Shown in pieces: positions 54,818 to 63,593 of a stretch of 64,000 nt of DNA. The number at the start of each line of letters is the position of its first letter. Within the stretch, counting starts at the first letter, position 1. This DNA comes from an uncultured Candidatus Saccharibacteria bacterium. Its GTDB lineage: Bacteria > Patescibacteriota > Saccharimonadia > Saccharimonadales > CAZJQT01. The stretch covers positions 4,818-68,817 of the forward strand of contig CAZRYT010000001.1 of assembly GCA_964604415.1 (NCBI GenBank), read 5' to 3'. The notes under the pieces were generated by a model that was not told the DNA's origin, made no database searches, and worked only from the letters and a program-made list of their open reading frames with translations. The translations under genes and the position numbers were made by a program.

Positions 54818-54916
54818 TTTTTCTTTTCGGTACTCACTCAACGTATAGCAAATACGTATTGTTGCGTTCCTCAAGAACAAAATGAATTTTGGTCTCAAGT
54901 GCGCAAACTGTGAAGC

Positions 54917-55855
54917 CTAAGATCTTTCCATGTCTTCTAGGCGTTTGCGGATCATCAGCGCTGCTGTTGCTCCTTCGCCAGCGGCGCTAGCGATTTGCAT
55001 GGTGGCACCACTACGAACGTCACCAGCTGCAAAAACGTTCTTCATACTAGTTTCCAGACTACTGTCAGTCTTGATCATGCCAATTTCATCTAGCTCGAGC
55101 TTGCCCTTTAGAAATTCCGTATTCGGCTTAAGGCCAATAAATACAAATACGCCATCAGTCGGGAACTCAACCTTTTTGTCTTTGGCTATGTCAGTACCAA
55201 CCACTTTGACAACGTGACTATCCTGGCCAACAATTTCATCGGTTGTTACGCCCAAATGAACTGTTATTTTATCTTTGTGCTTTTCCAGCTCCTGGATCAA
55301 AATGTCACTGGCTTTTATCGTGCTACGCACAAGTAGGTCTATGTGACTAGCGAACTTGGTTAAAAACAGCGATTCCTGAACGGCCGAATTGCCACCGCCA
55401 GCTACCACCAGACGTTTGTCTCGGTAGAACGCACCGTCGCAAGTGGCGCAGTAGTGCACCCCACGGGCATAGTATTCTTGCTCGCCCGGCACACCTAGTT
55501 TCTTATAATCACTACCAGTAGCTATCAAAACCGTCTTAGCTTTGACTACGCCATCGGTTGTGGTTAGCTCTAGTAATTTACCGTCAGGCTGGATGTCAGT
55601 AACATCACCTAGACGGATTTCGGCACCAAAGCGTTCGGCTTGCTCTCTAAGACCATCAGCTAGCTCCAGGCCAGCTATGCCCTTAGGGAAACCGGGGTAG
55701 TTGTCTACCCAATCAGTTACGGCCGCCAAACCACCAATGGCACCTTTCTCAAACAAGACCGTTTTGAGGTCCTCTCGGCAGGTGTAAATAGCTGCCGCCA
55801 GATTAGTTGGCCCAGCTCCCACCATAGCAACGTCGTAGACTTCTGTCTCGCTCAT
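54917..55855 (-). CDS. trxB: Thioredoxin-disulfide reductase
   Basis: 312 aa. GAGPTN FAD fold, CATCDG redox centre and GGGNSA NADPH fold. Confidence 0.95.
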   Translation of the reverse strand: MSETEVYDVAMVGAGPTNLAAAIYTCREDLKTVLFEKGAIGGLAAVTDWVDNYPGFPKGIAGLELADGLREQAERFGAEIRLGDVTDIQPDGKLLELTTTDGVVKAKTVLIATGSDYKKLGVPGEQEYYARGVHYCATCDGAFYRDKRLVVAGGGNSAVQESLFLTKFASHIDLLVRSTIKASDILIQELEKHKDKITVHLGVTTDEIVGQDSHVVKVVGTDIAKDKKVEFPTDGVFVFIGLKPNTEFLKGKLELDEIGMIKTDSSLETSMKNVFAAGDVRSGATMQIASAAGEGATAALMIRKRLEDMERS

Positions 55856-55878
55856 ATTTACTTAATTATAACTTACTT

Positions 55879-56127
55879 CTAGCCGATAGCCGGCGCTAAT
55901 TGAGCCAGATTGTAGCCAACTACCACTTGGCGCGAATCATCCTGCTTGGTAACAACTGTAACCGGTACGCTTAGTGAACCACTCAACGCGAAAGCTTCCT
56001 GCTGACGATCTGGGTTTTGATCCAGGTTAACTTCCTCGTAGTTAAACCCCTTGGCTCCCAACCAACGTTTCACCATGACACAGTAGGCGCAGGTGTCAGT
56101 GGTAAAGATCGTGATATTTTTGACCAT
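55879..56127 (-). CDS. Glutaredoxin-like protein (NrdH/YruB type)
   Basis: 82 aa. CAYC active site in a thioredoxin fold. Confidence 0.8.
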   Translation of the reverse strand: MVKNITIFTTDTCAYCVMVKRWLGAKGFNYEEVNLDQNPDRQQEAFALSGSLSVPVTVVTKQDDSRQVVVGYNLAQLAPAIG

Positions 56128-56180
56128 TTCTTTAGTCCTTTATTTAGTTTTGTTAGTTATTTTTTAAACGTAACCCTTAT

Positions 56181-56208
56181 TGTATATGGTGCATGGGGTA
56201 GAATGCAA
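56181..56208 (-). promoter_or_regulatory. Promoter-like TTGCAT-16 nt-TATACA for the grx-trxB unit
   Basis: Read on the minus strand in the 121-nt AT-rich intergenic region. Confidence 0.4.
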
Positions 56209-56248
56209 GACGCTATATGTTGTGTTTTTTTATCTATTTATCCACCAT

Positions 56249-56785
56249 TTATGGATTTTGAACAGCAATTAACTCAACGTCAAAGACCATATCTGCGTTG
56301 GCGCGAATGCCCTGCGGAGGTGATGCGCCATAGGCCATTGCCGCTGGGATCAATAATCTTCGTTTGCCACCAGTTTTCATGCCAGGAATACCCTGTGTCC
56401 ATCCTTGGATTACGCCATCAAGAGCGAAGGTTATTGGCTGACCACCGTGTAAGTCAGAACTATCAAAAATACTGCCATCAGAGGCGTAAGCACCAGTGTA
56501 TTTTACGGTTACTTTTGAGCTACTGGTAACGACTTCACCTGTTCCGACCTGTGTATCCGTCGTTTGTAAACTATCAATTTTACTGATTGGGTTGAAATTA
56601 CTCAGCTTTTGCATGGGTGCTCCTTGATTAGTTTGATTTGTCTGTGGGTTAGTCTGGTTGCTTTGGTGCATTTGCCAGAGTATGCCAGCCGTTATCGCCA
56701 CTGTTGAGCCCAAGAATAACAAGGCCCCAACCAGTGCAAATATTCTATGGTGTAGTCTAGCCATATTTATCCTCCTAAAATTCAA
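56249..56785 (-). CDS. FKBP-type peptidyl-prolyl isomerase, membrane-anchored
   Basis: 178 aa. N-terminal TM helix and an FKBP core (VKYTGxxxxGxxFDSS...GVIxGWxxG...VFDVEL). Confidence 0.9.
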   Translation of the reverse strand: MNFRRINMARLHHRIFALVGALLFLGSTVAITAGILWQMHQSNQTNPQTNQTNQGAPMQKLSNFNPISKIDSLQTTDTQVGTGEVVTSSSKVTVKYTGAYASDGSIFDSSDLHGGQPITFALDGVIQGWTQGIPGMKTGGKRRLLIPAAMAYGASPPQGIRANADMVFDVELIAVQNP

Positions 56786-57212
56786 TCGGCGCCTGTGGCC
56801 AACCCGATTTTACCGCTTCTAATATACGTCTTTTTAAATTTTCTGACAAAAACGGCAAATTTTCTAGATCGCTAATTTTTACCCAGCCTGGTTGGTACAA
56901 GTTCTTGCCCATCTTATTTATGTGATCTTCTTCTGAGCCGGGTTGAAGAGTTGGTTCACCACCGGCAAAATCACATAGGAATATCAGCTGGTCACCGTAT
57001 GGTACGCCAGCATGTTCAACAAAAACCATGCGCGGGTTGCTGATTGTTAGCTGAGTTTCTTCACCGACCTCGCGTTCCAGGGCCTGTTGCGGTGTCTCGC
57101 CTAACTCAATATTACCGCCTGGCAAAGTGTCATACTCCTTGCCAAATTTGTTGCGATGCATGACAAGTAACTTGTCGTTATTGATAACAATTGCTCTGAC
57201 GGCTCGTCTCAT
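56775..57212 (-). CDS. NUDIX hydrolase
   Basis: 145 aa. NUDIX box GGNIELGETPQQALEREVGEETQL. Confidence 0.85.
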   Translation of the reverse strand: MRRAVRAIVINNDKLLVMHRNKFGKEYDTLPGGNIELGETPQQALEREVGEETQLTISNPRMVFVEHAGVPYGDQLIFLCDFAGGEPTLQPGSEEDHINKMGKNLYQPGWVKISDLENLPFLSENLKRRILEAVKSGWPQAPIEF

Positions 57213-57215
57213 GTT

Positions 57216-59723
57216 TTAAATTCTAACAGCTTTTAGTTTATCATTGGCAGCTTCGGCGATTTCGTCAAGAATTTTTGCAACTTCGGGATCAGTCAAAGTC
57301 TTTTCATAAGAAGCAATCTTTATCCGGAAACTGACTTGTTTGTGGGTTTGGTCATCGTCGCGTTGGAAGATATCTAAAGGTTTGGTTTCTACCAAGAAAC
57401 CCCGTCCGGCTAAGTTGTCTTTGACCAACCCAAATAATTGGCTAAAACCGACTGAAGTTTTAACTCTAAGAGTAATGTCTTGTTGGACGCTAGGATAACG
57501 CGATAGTGGTGTATAGCTTGATGTTGTCTCAAACAACGACTGGAGCCTACCAAGATCTAGCTCAAAACCAGAACTAAACGTAGGTAATTTTAGGTTTTTA
57601 GCTACAATTGGCTTGAATTCACCAACAATGCCAACCCATTGTTCGTTGATAGTTATAAACCCAGTCCTGGACTTCTCAAAAGGTGCCAACAGTTGACGAC
57701 CTTGGGCAAATTTGGGCTCGTGATACGGTTCTATGGCATAATTAACCCCTAAGTTATCTAACAACTCAGCTAAGAACCTCAGGGCTTGGTAATACGGCGC
57801 GCCACCGTAGCTTGACTGGACGGTCTTGTCATCAGTTGCAAAAACCAGTGCTAAACGCTCCTCTTCGGCTGGAACATCTGGTTCGTCTTTGTACTGCAGA
57901 CCTTTAATATGAGCTTTGCCAATTTCAAACAAGGCAAATTCGCTATGACCAGTTTTGATATTAGGATGGATTTTGTCTAGCAAGCTGGGCGTTAAGCTCA
58001 TGCGGTAGTATTGCAGATCTGGACTGATAGCGTTACTAAGCTGGAAGGCTAGTTTGCGGTCTTGACCAACCCTTTCCAGTAAGTTTCCATGTACAAAACT
58101 GTAGGTCAGAACTTCATTGGCACCAGCCTGGCTCATAATACTTCTGATTTGTGACTTAAAGCTAAGTTTAGCGTCTGGTTTGGCTGCTGTTAAGTCGCGT
58201 TTGGGGAGTTCCAACGGCAAATGGTCATAACCATACAGACGACCTATTTCCTCAACAATGTCTTCAGGAATCTCGATGTCCGTGCGCCAGAATGGTGGCG
58301 TAATCAAGAGTTGTTTGCCAGAGGTTTTTAGTAGCTTGAATTCAACGTTTTCCAGTAATTTAGCCATGGTGCTAATGGGCAGCTTTAGACCCAGGCGTTC
58401 ATTGACAAAATCTGGATCAACTTTGAGCGAACCTACTTCTGGCCGTTTTGGAAAATTGTCATGGATAAATTCTGAAGCCTGACCGCCGGCATGTTTTTGA
58501 GTTTCAGAAACGGCAAAAGCTAGGACATGGTTGCACTGCAGGCTACTTTGGCCTTTATTAAACCGCGTGACAGCGTCTGTAAATAGGCCGTGTTCCATAG
58601 CTGTGCGCCGGATGGCGTACATGTCAAAGTTAGCGCACTCCAGCACGATTGTCTTAGTATTTTCATCAACCTCAGTGTCAGCCCCACCCATGACGCCACC
58701 TAGCCCAATCGCCACGTTGTCGGTCGCGATGACGATGTCTGATTCGTTGGCGGTCACTTCTTTGCCACCAAGCAAGCTCAGTTTCTCGCCTTTATTAGCT
58801 AACCGGGCTTCAATAGTCGGTTTATCGCCACTCAATAGCTTCAGCTTGTCATAGTCATAGGCGTGCAATGGCTGCCCCGTCAGGTACATGACGTAATTGG
58901 TAATATCAACAATGACATTGATAGGCCTGATACCCACGCGGCTGAGGTAAGTTTGTAGCCAAAGCGGACTAGGCCGCTTGGCTTCGACGTTTTCAACTAT
59001 TTGGACCATAAGGCGCGGCACCAGCTTGGGGATGTGATTAACCACTCTCAACATTGGATCGTCGCTGGTTTTGGGGGTTGCCTTGTTGGCCAAATACCAT
59101 TTGGGTGACTCAAATGACTGATGGTTAATACCGGCAATTTCGCGGGCTACGCCTAAAATACCAAATAAATCAGGTCGGTGGGTAAACATTTTGTTTTCTA
59201 TATCAATAACGTAGTCATTCAAACCATAAACCTTGGCAAAATCATCACCGGGCTTGGCGTCCAGCGGGTCAACTTCTAATATGCCACTATGATCTTCGCT
59301 GATAGCCAGTTCATGAGCGCTAGCCAGCATGCCATTACTGACCTCCCCGCGGATTTCGCGCGCTTCTAATATCAGCGGCTCTTTATCAATGGTAGCTGGC
59401 ACAGTTGAACCGGGCGGCAACCAGGCAGCTAGCATGCCAGCATGTACATTGGGTGCCCCGCAAACTACTTGGACCAGACCATCGGAGTCACGTCTGACGT
59501 GCTTGGCCTGGCGACCATCATCAACTTTGCAGAGGTTAAGCTTGTCGGCATTTGGATGCTTAACGCACTCAACCACTTTAACTACAACAATACCTTGGTA
59601 TTTTTTGCCGAGGTCAATGACTTCTTCAACTGCACCGAGCTGAGCACCGATTTTCTCCACCAACTTATCGAGTGGAAGCTTAATATCTGTAAACTCTTTG
59701 ATCCAATTGACGCTAATTTTCAT
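57216..59723 (-). CDS. pheT: Phenylalanine--tRNA ligase beta subunit
   Basis: 835 aa with tRNA-binding OB domain, B3/4, B5 and FDX-ACB domains. Confidence 0.95.
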   Translation of the reverse strand: MKISVNWIKEFTDIKLPLDKLVEKIGAQLGAVEEVIDLGKKYQGIVVVKVVECVKHPNADKLNLCKVDDGRQAKHVRRDSDGLVQVVCGAPNVHAGMLAAWLPPGSTVPATIDKEPLILEAREIRGEVSNGMLASAHELAISEDHSGILEVDPLDAKPGDDFAKVYGLNDYVIDIENKMFTHRPDLFGILGVAREIAGINHQSFESPKWYLANKATPKTSDDPMLRVVNHIPKLVPRLMVQIVENVEAKRPSPLWLQTYLSRVGIRPINVIVDITNYVMYLTGQPLHAYDYDKLKLLSGDKPTIEARLANKGEKLSLLGGKEVTANESDIVIATDNVAIGLGGVMGGADTEVDENTKTIVLECANFDMYAIRRTAMEHGLFTDAVTRFNKGQSSLQCNHVLAFAVSETQKHAGGQASEFIHDNFPKRPEVGSLKVDPDFVNERLGLKLPISTMAKLLENVEFKLLKTSGKQLLITPPFWRTDIEIPEDIVEEIGRLYGYDHLPLELPKRDLTAAKPDAKLSFKSQIRSIMSQAGANEVLTYSFVHGNLLERVGQDRKLAFQLSNAISPDLQYYRMSLTPSLLDKIHPNIKTGHSEFALFEIGKAHIKGLQYKDEPDVPAEEERLALVFATDDKTVQSSYGGAPYYQALRFLAELLDNLGVNYAIEPYHEPKFAQGRQLLAPFEKSRTGFITINEQWVGIVGEFKPIVAKNLKLPTFSSGFELDLGRLQSLFETTSSYTPLSRYPSVQQDITLRVKTSVGFSQLFGLVKDNLAGRGFLVETKPLDIFQRDDDQTHKQVSFRIKIASYEKTLTDPEVAKILDEIAEAANDKLKAVRI

Positions 59724-59875
59724 GATTTGACCTTGCTCGCTCGTTCAATTGAATCTTTGGTGATTTCCCAATTACAGGCTTTGTATTTTGAGCAAAAAGC
59801 CTGACACAGTTTGGCAATTTTTGTGCTGTGGTAGTGCAAACCGCACTCTGGGCACTGATATATCTTTTCAACCAT
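59720..59875 (-). CDS. Unannotated 51-aa Cys-rich (zinc-ribbon-like) ORF between pheS and pheT
   Basis: MVEKIYQCPECGLHYHSTKIAKLCQAFCSKYKACNWEITKDSIERASKVKS*. The ATG lies inside the last pheS codons with GAGG 7 nt upstream. The stop overlaps the pheT ATG (ATGA). It falls below the 60-aa cutoff of the ORF track. Confidence 0.55.
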   Translation of the reverse strand: MVEKIYQCPECGLHYHSTKIAKLCQAFCSKYKACNWEITKDSIERASKVKS

Positions 59876-60941
59876 TGAATTGCCTCAAGAAGTCTAGCTT
59901 TCCAGATTCAAAATGACGGATGTCTTCAATGTCGTACTTCATCATGACCAAGCGGTCAATGCCACCACCCCAGGCAAACCCAGTATATTTAGCCGGGTCA
60001 ATGCCGGCCATTTTAAGCACGTTGGGGTGGATCATGCCGCAGCCAAGCAGTTCAATCCAGCCAGAATAGCTGCAAACGTTACAGCCCTTTTTATCACAAA
60101 ACGGGCAGCTCAGTGCAAATTCAAAACTAGGTTCAGTAAACGGGAAATAAAAGGGTTGGGTTTTAACTTCTAATTGCTTGTTGTAATACTCCTGCAAGAA
60201 TGTTTTAAGGGTAGCTATAAGATGTCCGGCGTGGATACCTTTACCCACCACCACTCCTTCTAGCTGGTAAAACGTGTGTTCGTGGCGGGCATCAAGGTCT
60301 TCGTTCCTGAAGACTCTGCCTGGTATTACAACCCTAATATCCTTGTCATTTTCTAGATCCGCCTTATGGGCCTTGAGTACGCGGTGTTGCATGGTGCTGG
60401 TGTGGGCCGGAGCTATTAGGCCCTCAGTTGTTATAAAAGTATCGTAATCATCACGGGCCGGGTGGCCTTCAGGAAAGTTTAAGCTGGTAAACATATGAAA
60501 GTCATCATCCAATTGGCGCGACTCCACCGCCATAAAACCCATGCGGTAGAAAATATCTAGAACCGTTTCTAGCTCGGTCATCAACGGATGCTTGCTGCCA
60601 TGGTCACCAGTTAGTAATTTGGGTTTTTTATCGGCTGGCACATTGGTATCAAATGGTGCCGTGACATCAATCGGCCTCACGTCAACTTGTTTTGCTTGGC
60701 TTTCTTCGTCAACCAAGGCATGCAGGTCGGCTTTGAGCTCATTAACTTCACGGCCAAACTGAGCACGCTGGTTTTTAGGCATAGAGCCTAATTCTTCGTA
60801 TAAAGCTTTTAGCTCAACCGCCCTTAAAATATCAGCTTTGTTTTCCAGCTCAGATAGACGTTTTTTCAGCTTACCAGCAACTTCAGCAATGCGTTTGTTC
60901 TCTATAGCCATCTTGCAGACATTATACAAGAAGTCAGACAT
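59868..60941 (-). CDS. pheS: Phenylalanine--tRNA ligase alpha subunit
   Basis: 357 aa with class II motifs 1-3 (FRNEDLDARHEHTFYQLEG, GFAWGGGIDRL). An alternative start is ATG 60911, with TATAAT 9 nt upstream. Confidence 0.95.
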   Translation of the reverse strand: MSDFLYNVCKMAIENKRIAEVAGKLKKRLSELENKADILRAVELKALYEELGSMPKNQRAQFGREVNELKADLHALVDEESQAKQVDVRPIDVTAPFDTNVPADKKPKLLTGDHGSKHPLMTELETVLDIFYRMGFMAVESRQLDDDFHMFTSLNFPEGHPARDDYDTFITTEGLIAPAHTSTMQHRVLKAHKADLENDKDIRVVIPGRVFRNEDLDARHEHTFYQLEGVVVGKGIHAGHLIATLKTFLQEYYNKQLEVKTQPFYFPFTEPSFEFALSCPFCDKKGCNVCSYSGWIELLGCGMIHPNVLKMAGIDPAKYTGFAWGGGIDRLVMMKYDIEDIRHFESGKLDFLRQFNG

Positions 60942-60979
60942 CTAACTAACACTTGCGCGCCAGGTGTACAATAATAAAC

Positions 60980-61390
60980 ATGGGCGTTGTGCTCGATCCG
61001 CCTAAACTAGGCCAAATAAAAACTTCAAATCCTAACGAAACCAACTTCTGGCGAAAGGTTGAGTTGCCATTGCCCGGGATTATGACTGCTGGCCAACGTC
61101 GGTTACTAATTATTGGCAATGTCATCGTGTTCAAGTTGTCTAACGGCAACCCCGAACTAGAGATTGATTATACCTACCAGGAAAACGAAAAAGACAAGTT
61201 GATAGTCGCTAAACTAGGTGGACTATCGACTGTTCAGGCTTTATCTGAACCGTATAACTTGTTCGAATTTAAGACTGGAGATTTCGATCTTGGTGCTTGG
61301 AATCAAGTTAGCCAGCTTCTGCAAGGCCAATCTTACGTATCAGCTGAAGACTTCCTAAGCTTACCTGACCAAGCAAACCTCGCCGCTTAA
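60980..61390 (+). CDS. Hypothetical protein (136 aa)
   Basis: ATG 60980 is preferred to the track TTG at 60953. TACAAT lies 7 nt upstream. No motif recognised. Confidence 0.5.
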   Translation: MGVVLDPPKLGQIKTSNPNETNFWRKVELPLPGIMTAGQRRLLIIGNVIVFKLSNGNPELEIDYTYQENEKDKLIVAKLGGLSTVQALSEPYNLFEFKTGDFDLGAWNQVSQLLQGQSYVSAEDFLSLPDQANLAA

Positions 61391-61395
61391 GTGTC

Positions 61396-61641
61396 TTAGG
61401 CGATGAATTCGTTGTGTACGGCAGCCGAGTCTCTATCACTAGCAAGACTGCCATCAGGTTTTTCGTCAAAGTGACTAGTAGGTGAGTCGAGTCGAGCATC
61501 AGGGTTGACTAGAAAGGGATTAAAAACCCTTACCCAAATACCGGAATTGTCGTCTTCAAAATCAAGTGGGCCACCATTGTAATATCGTTCTGGGTTCTGG
61601 CGGGTATCCCACTCGCCACTTTCAAATTTACTAACTGACAT
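61396..61641 (-). CDS. Hypothetical protein (81 aa)
   Basis: GAGGAAG SD. The ATG overlaps the upstream stop (TAATG). Confidence 0.55.
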   Translation of the reverse strand: MSVSKFESGEWDTRQNPERYYNGGPLDFEDDNSGIWVRVFNPFLVNPDARLDSPTSHFDEKPDGSLASDRDSAAVHNEFIA

Positions 61642-61868
61642 TAAACTTCCTCCTCAGTAGTAGAACCTTGGTCCCATAGTCCATCGCTCTGGGCATCCAA
61701 CTCGGCTTGAACAGCGCGATCCGCCCTGGCATCACGGTCAAGATCTAAATCATCACCAACAGCAATAGCTTCATCGGCTGGCAATTCATCGCCAAGACCT
61801 TCGGCAGCTAATAGCTGTTCCCAATCAGCGGCAACTGATTCATATTCTGGATTATGTCGTGGACTCAT
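61641..61868 (-). CDS. Highly acidic hypothetical protein (75 aa)
   Basis: AAGGAG SD. About one third of residues are D or E. Confidence 0.55.
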   Translation of the reverse strand: MSPRHNPEYESVAADWEQLLAAEGLGDELPADEAIAVGDDLDLDRDARADRAVQAELDAQSDGLWDQGSTTEEEV

Positions 61869-61915
61869 AATATTCTCCTTAACTTTCCATATTTTAATCT
61901 AAATCTTCCGGTTTG

Positions 61916-63574
61916 TCAAATATTTGAATTTTCGTCGATTATCTCCTGTGCACTTTTCTTCATGGCCTGTTTCACTTGCTCGCCTAAGTCTTCCAGAGTT
62001 TGTTCGTCCCACTTCTCTAATAAGGCTTTGTTAGGCGTATAGGACGCTTTTGTAACGCCAATTACGGCCGGGCTTTTTATGGCGTAGACTTTTGTCCACT
62101 CTACATCGCCTTCAGCATCAATGTCTTCTTCTACCTGTTCATTTGACGCAATACCAGCTTTGTAAACTCTAAGAACCAGTCCGCTTTCATCAACAAGGCC
62201 AGGTGAAGTCCGGTGGTGAAATTTCTTTCTGGCAATAAAGTCATTATCAATACCAGATAACAAAAGTACATCACTGTCGTCCTCTAGCTCAACCAGTCCT
62301 TCTGAGCCGATTTTTTTGTCAGCGGGAGTTGTGAGGAGGTTCTGGTTGCTAGCCTTATATTTTGCTTGGTGCTTGGCTATATCGTGAACGAAACCGAGTG
62401 GCTGCACATAAAAAGACGCTTCATCAGCTCCAGGTTTTAGCCCAAAGGTTTCCGGAGATAGGATATCTGTTTCTATGCTGGTGTTAGCGTAGGCAAATAT
62501 AACTCGGCGATCTTTGGAGCCTTGGCCTTGATTAACCACATAAAACACATCTGGCAACTCACCGTACGTACTAACCGCCCAGTCGTTAAACTCGCGGCTG
62601 GATATGGCCAAAGGCTTTTTCTTTGCGGTAAATCCTCTGACGGTTGGGATAAACTGATAGTTATCATCGGCATCTTTAATAGCCAGTTGATAGTTATAGG
62701 GGTGGTAATCGTGATTTTCATCATCGCCATAAATCTGAGGATTGACCTCATCTAATACACTGACTAGAGCGGTGCGACCAATGTTGGCGTCTGGTCCAGT
62801 GAGATTAAATTTGGCAAAGAGCCCACCTTCTACTTCAACTTCTAAATAGGCATATTTTCCATCCAGCTCGGTTTCCATACCCGAGTTACGCCTGAGGGCT
62901 TCATCTACCCAAGTGCTTGTGATAGTTTTTTTGGGTTTTAAGAGTTCAAGTTCTTGGACTTTGACATCAGCCTTGTCGTTAGCCCTATTCTCACGTCCTT
63001 CGATATGAAACAAAAAGGCTTTATTGTCGACTCGGCTCAATACTAAGGCCTCACCTACATTGGTTAGTGATTCTGCATGTATAAGTGCGCGTTGGCGTTC
63101 ACGCCACGCTTCTATGTCTTCTGGGAGACCCTCTATGTTCGGTTGTTGAGGCTCAATTTCTTCTGCTTTGGACTGTATAAGCTTGCGTTTGGATGGGACA
63201 TAGCCTCGTTGTTGTCTGATAGCTAACAAGGCAGCCATTCTGACACCCACGGGATCCTTTTCAAGTTGCTCTTCTAGTTTCTTAAACTCGTCAACGAGAG
63301 CCGCACCGTTAAGCAAGTGTTCGTTAAACTCAATCACATCTGGATCTTCGCTGTGCTGATTCTTACGCCATTTTTCGACCACTGCTTGATCGGCTACATT
63401 AGTAATAAAATCCGGATGTGACCGACTTTTCATGACTTTGGCTAAGCCACCAAAGGCCGCTTTTAGGGCTTGGGCGTCGTAAGCATCCAAAAATTCTGGA
63501 GCAAAAATTTGACTTAATTCCATGCCGACTTCGTCAGGCTGGCCTCGAGAAAGTTCGTCAAAAATATCGCTCAT
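61916..63574 (-). CDS. Hypothetical protein (552 aa), no recognisable domain
   Basis: AGGAG SD. No signal peptide or TM helix. Confidence 0.65.
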   Translation of the reverse strand: MSDIFDELSRGQPDEVGMELSQIFAPEFLDAYDAQALKAAFGGLAKVMKSRSHPDFITNVADQAVVEKWRKNQHSEDPDVIEFNEHLLNGAALVDEFKKLEEQLEKDPVGVRMAALLAIRQQRGYVPSKRKLIQSKAEEIEPQQPNIEGLPEDIEAWRERQRALIHAESLTNVGEALVLSRVDNKAFLFHIEGRENRANDKADVKVQELELLKPKKTITSTWVDEALRRNSGMETELDGKYAYLEVEVEGGLFAKFNLTGPDANIGRTALVSVLDEVNPQIYGDDENHDYHPYNYQLAIKDADDNYQFIPTVRGFTAKKKPLAISSREFNDWAVSTYGELPDVFYVVNQGQGSKDRRVIFAYANTSIETDILSPETFGLKPGADEASFYVQPLGFVHDIAKHQAKYKASNQNLLTTPADKKIGSEGLVELEDDSDVLLLSGIDNDFIARKKFHHRTSPGLVDESGLVLRVYKAGIASNEQVEEDIDAEGDVEWTKVYAIKSPAVIGVTKASYTPNKALLEKWDEQTLEDLGEQVKQAMKKSAQEIIDENSNI

Positions 63575-63593
63575 AACTAAAGCTCCTGGCTAT

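Noticed and set aside
56017-56529. A 170-aa plus-strand ORF spanning the grx/FKBP intergenic region.
   Set aside because: It overlaps two recognisable minus-strand genes and an AT-rich promoter region, and its translation is nonsense-like.
721-60941. Alternative genetic code (UGA recoding, as in some CPR lineages).
   Set aside because: TGA terminates hisS (721-723), pheS (59868-59870) and the 418-aa ORF at the positions expected from homologue lengths. No conserved gene needs read-through of an in-frame TGA.
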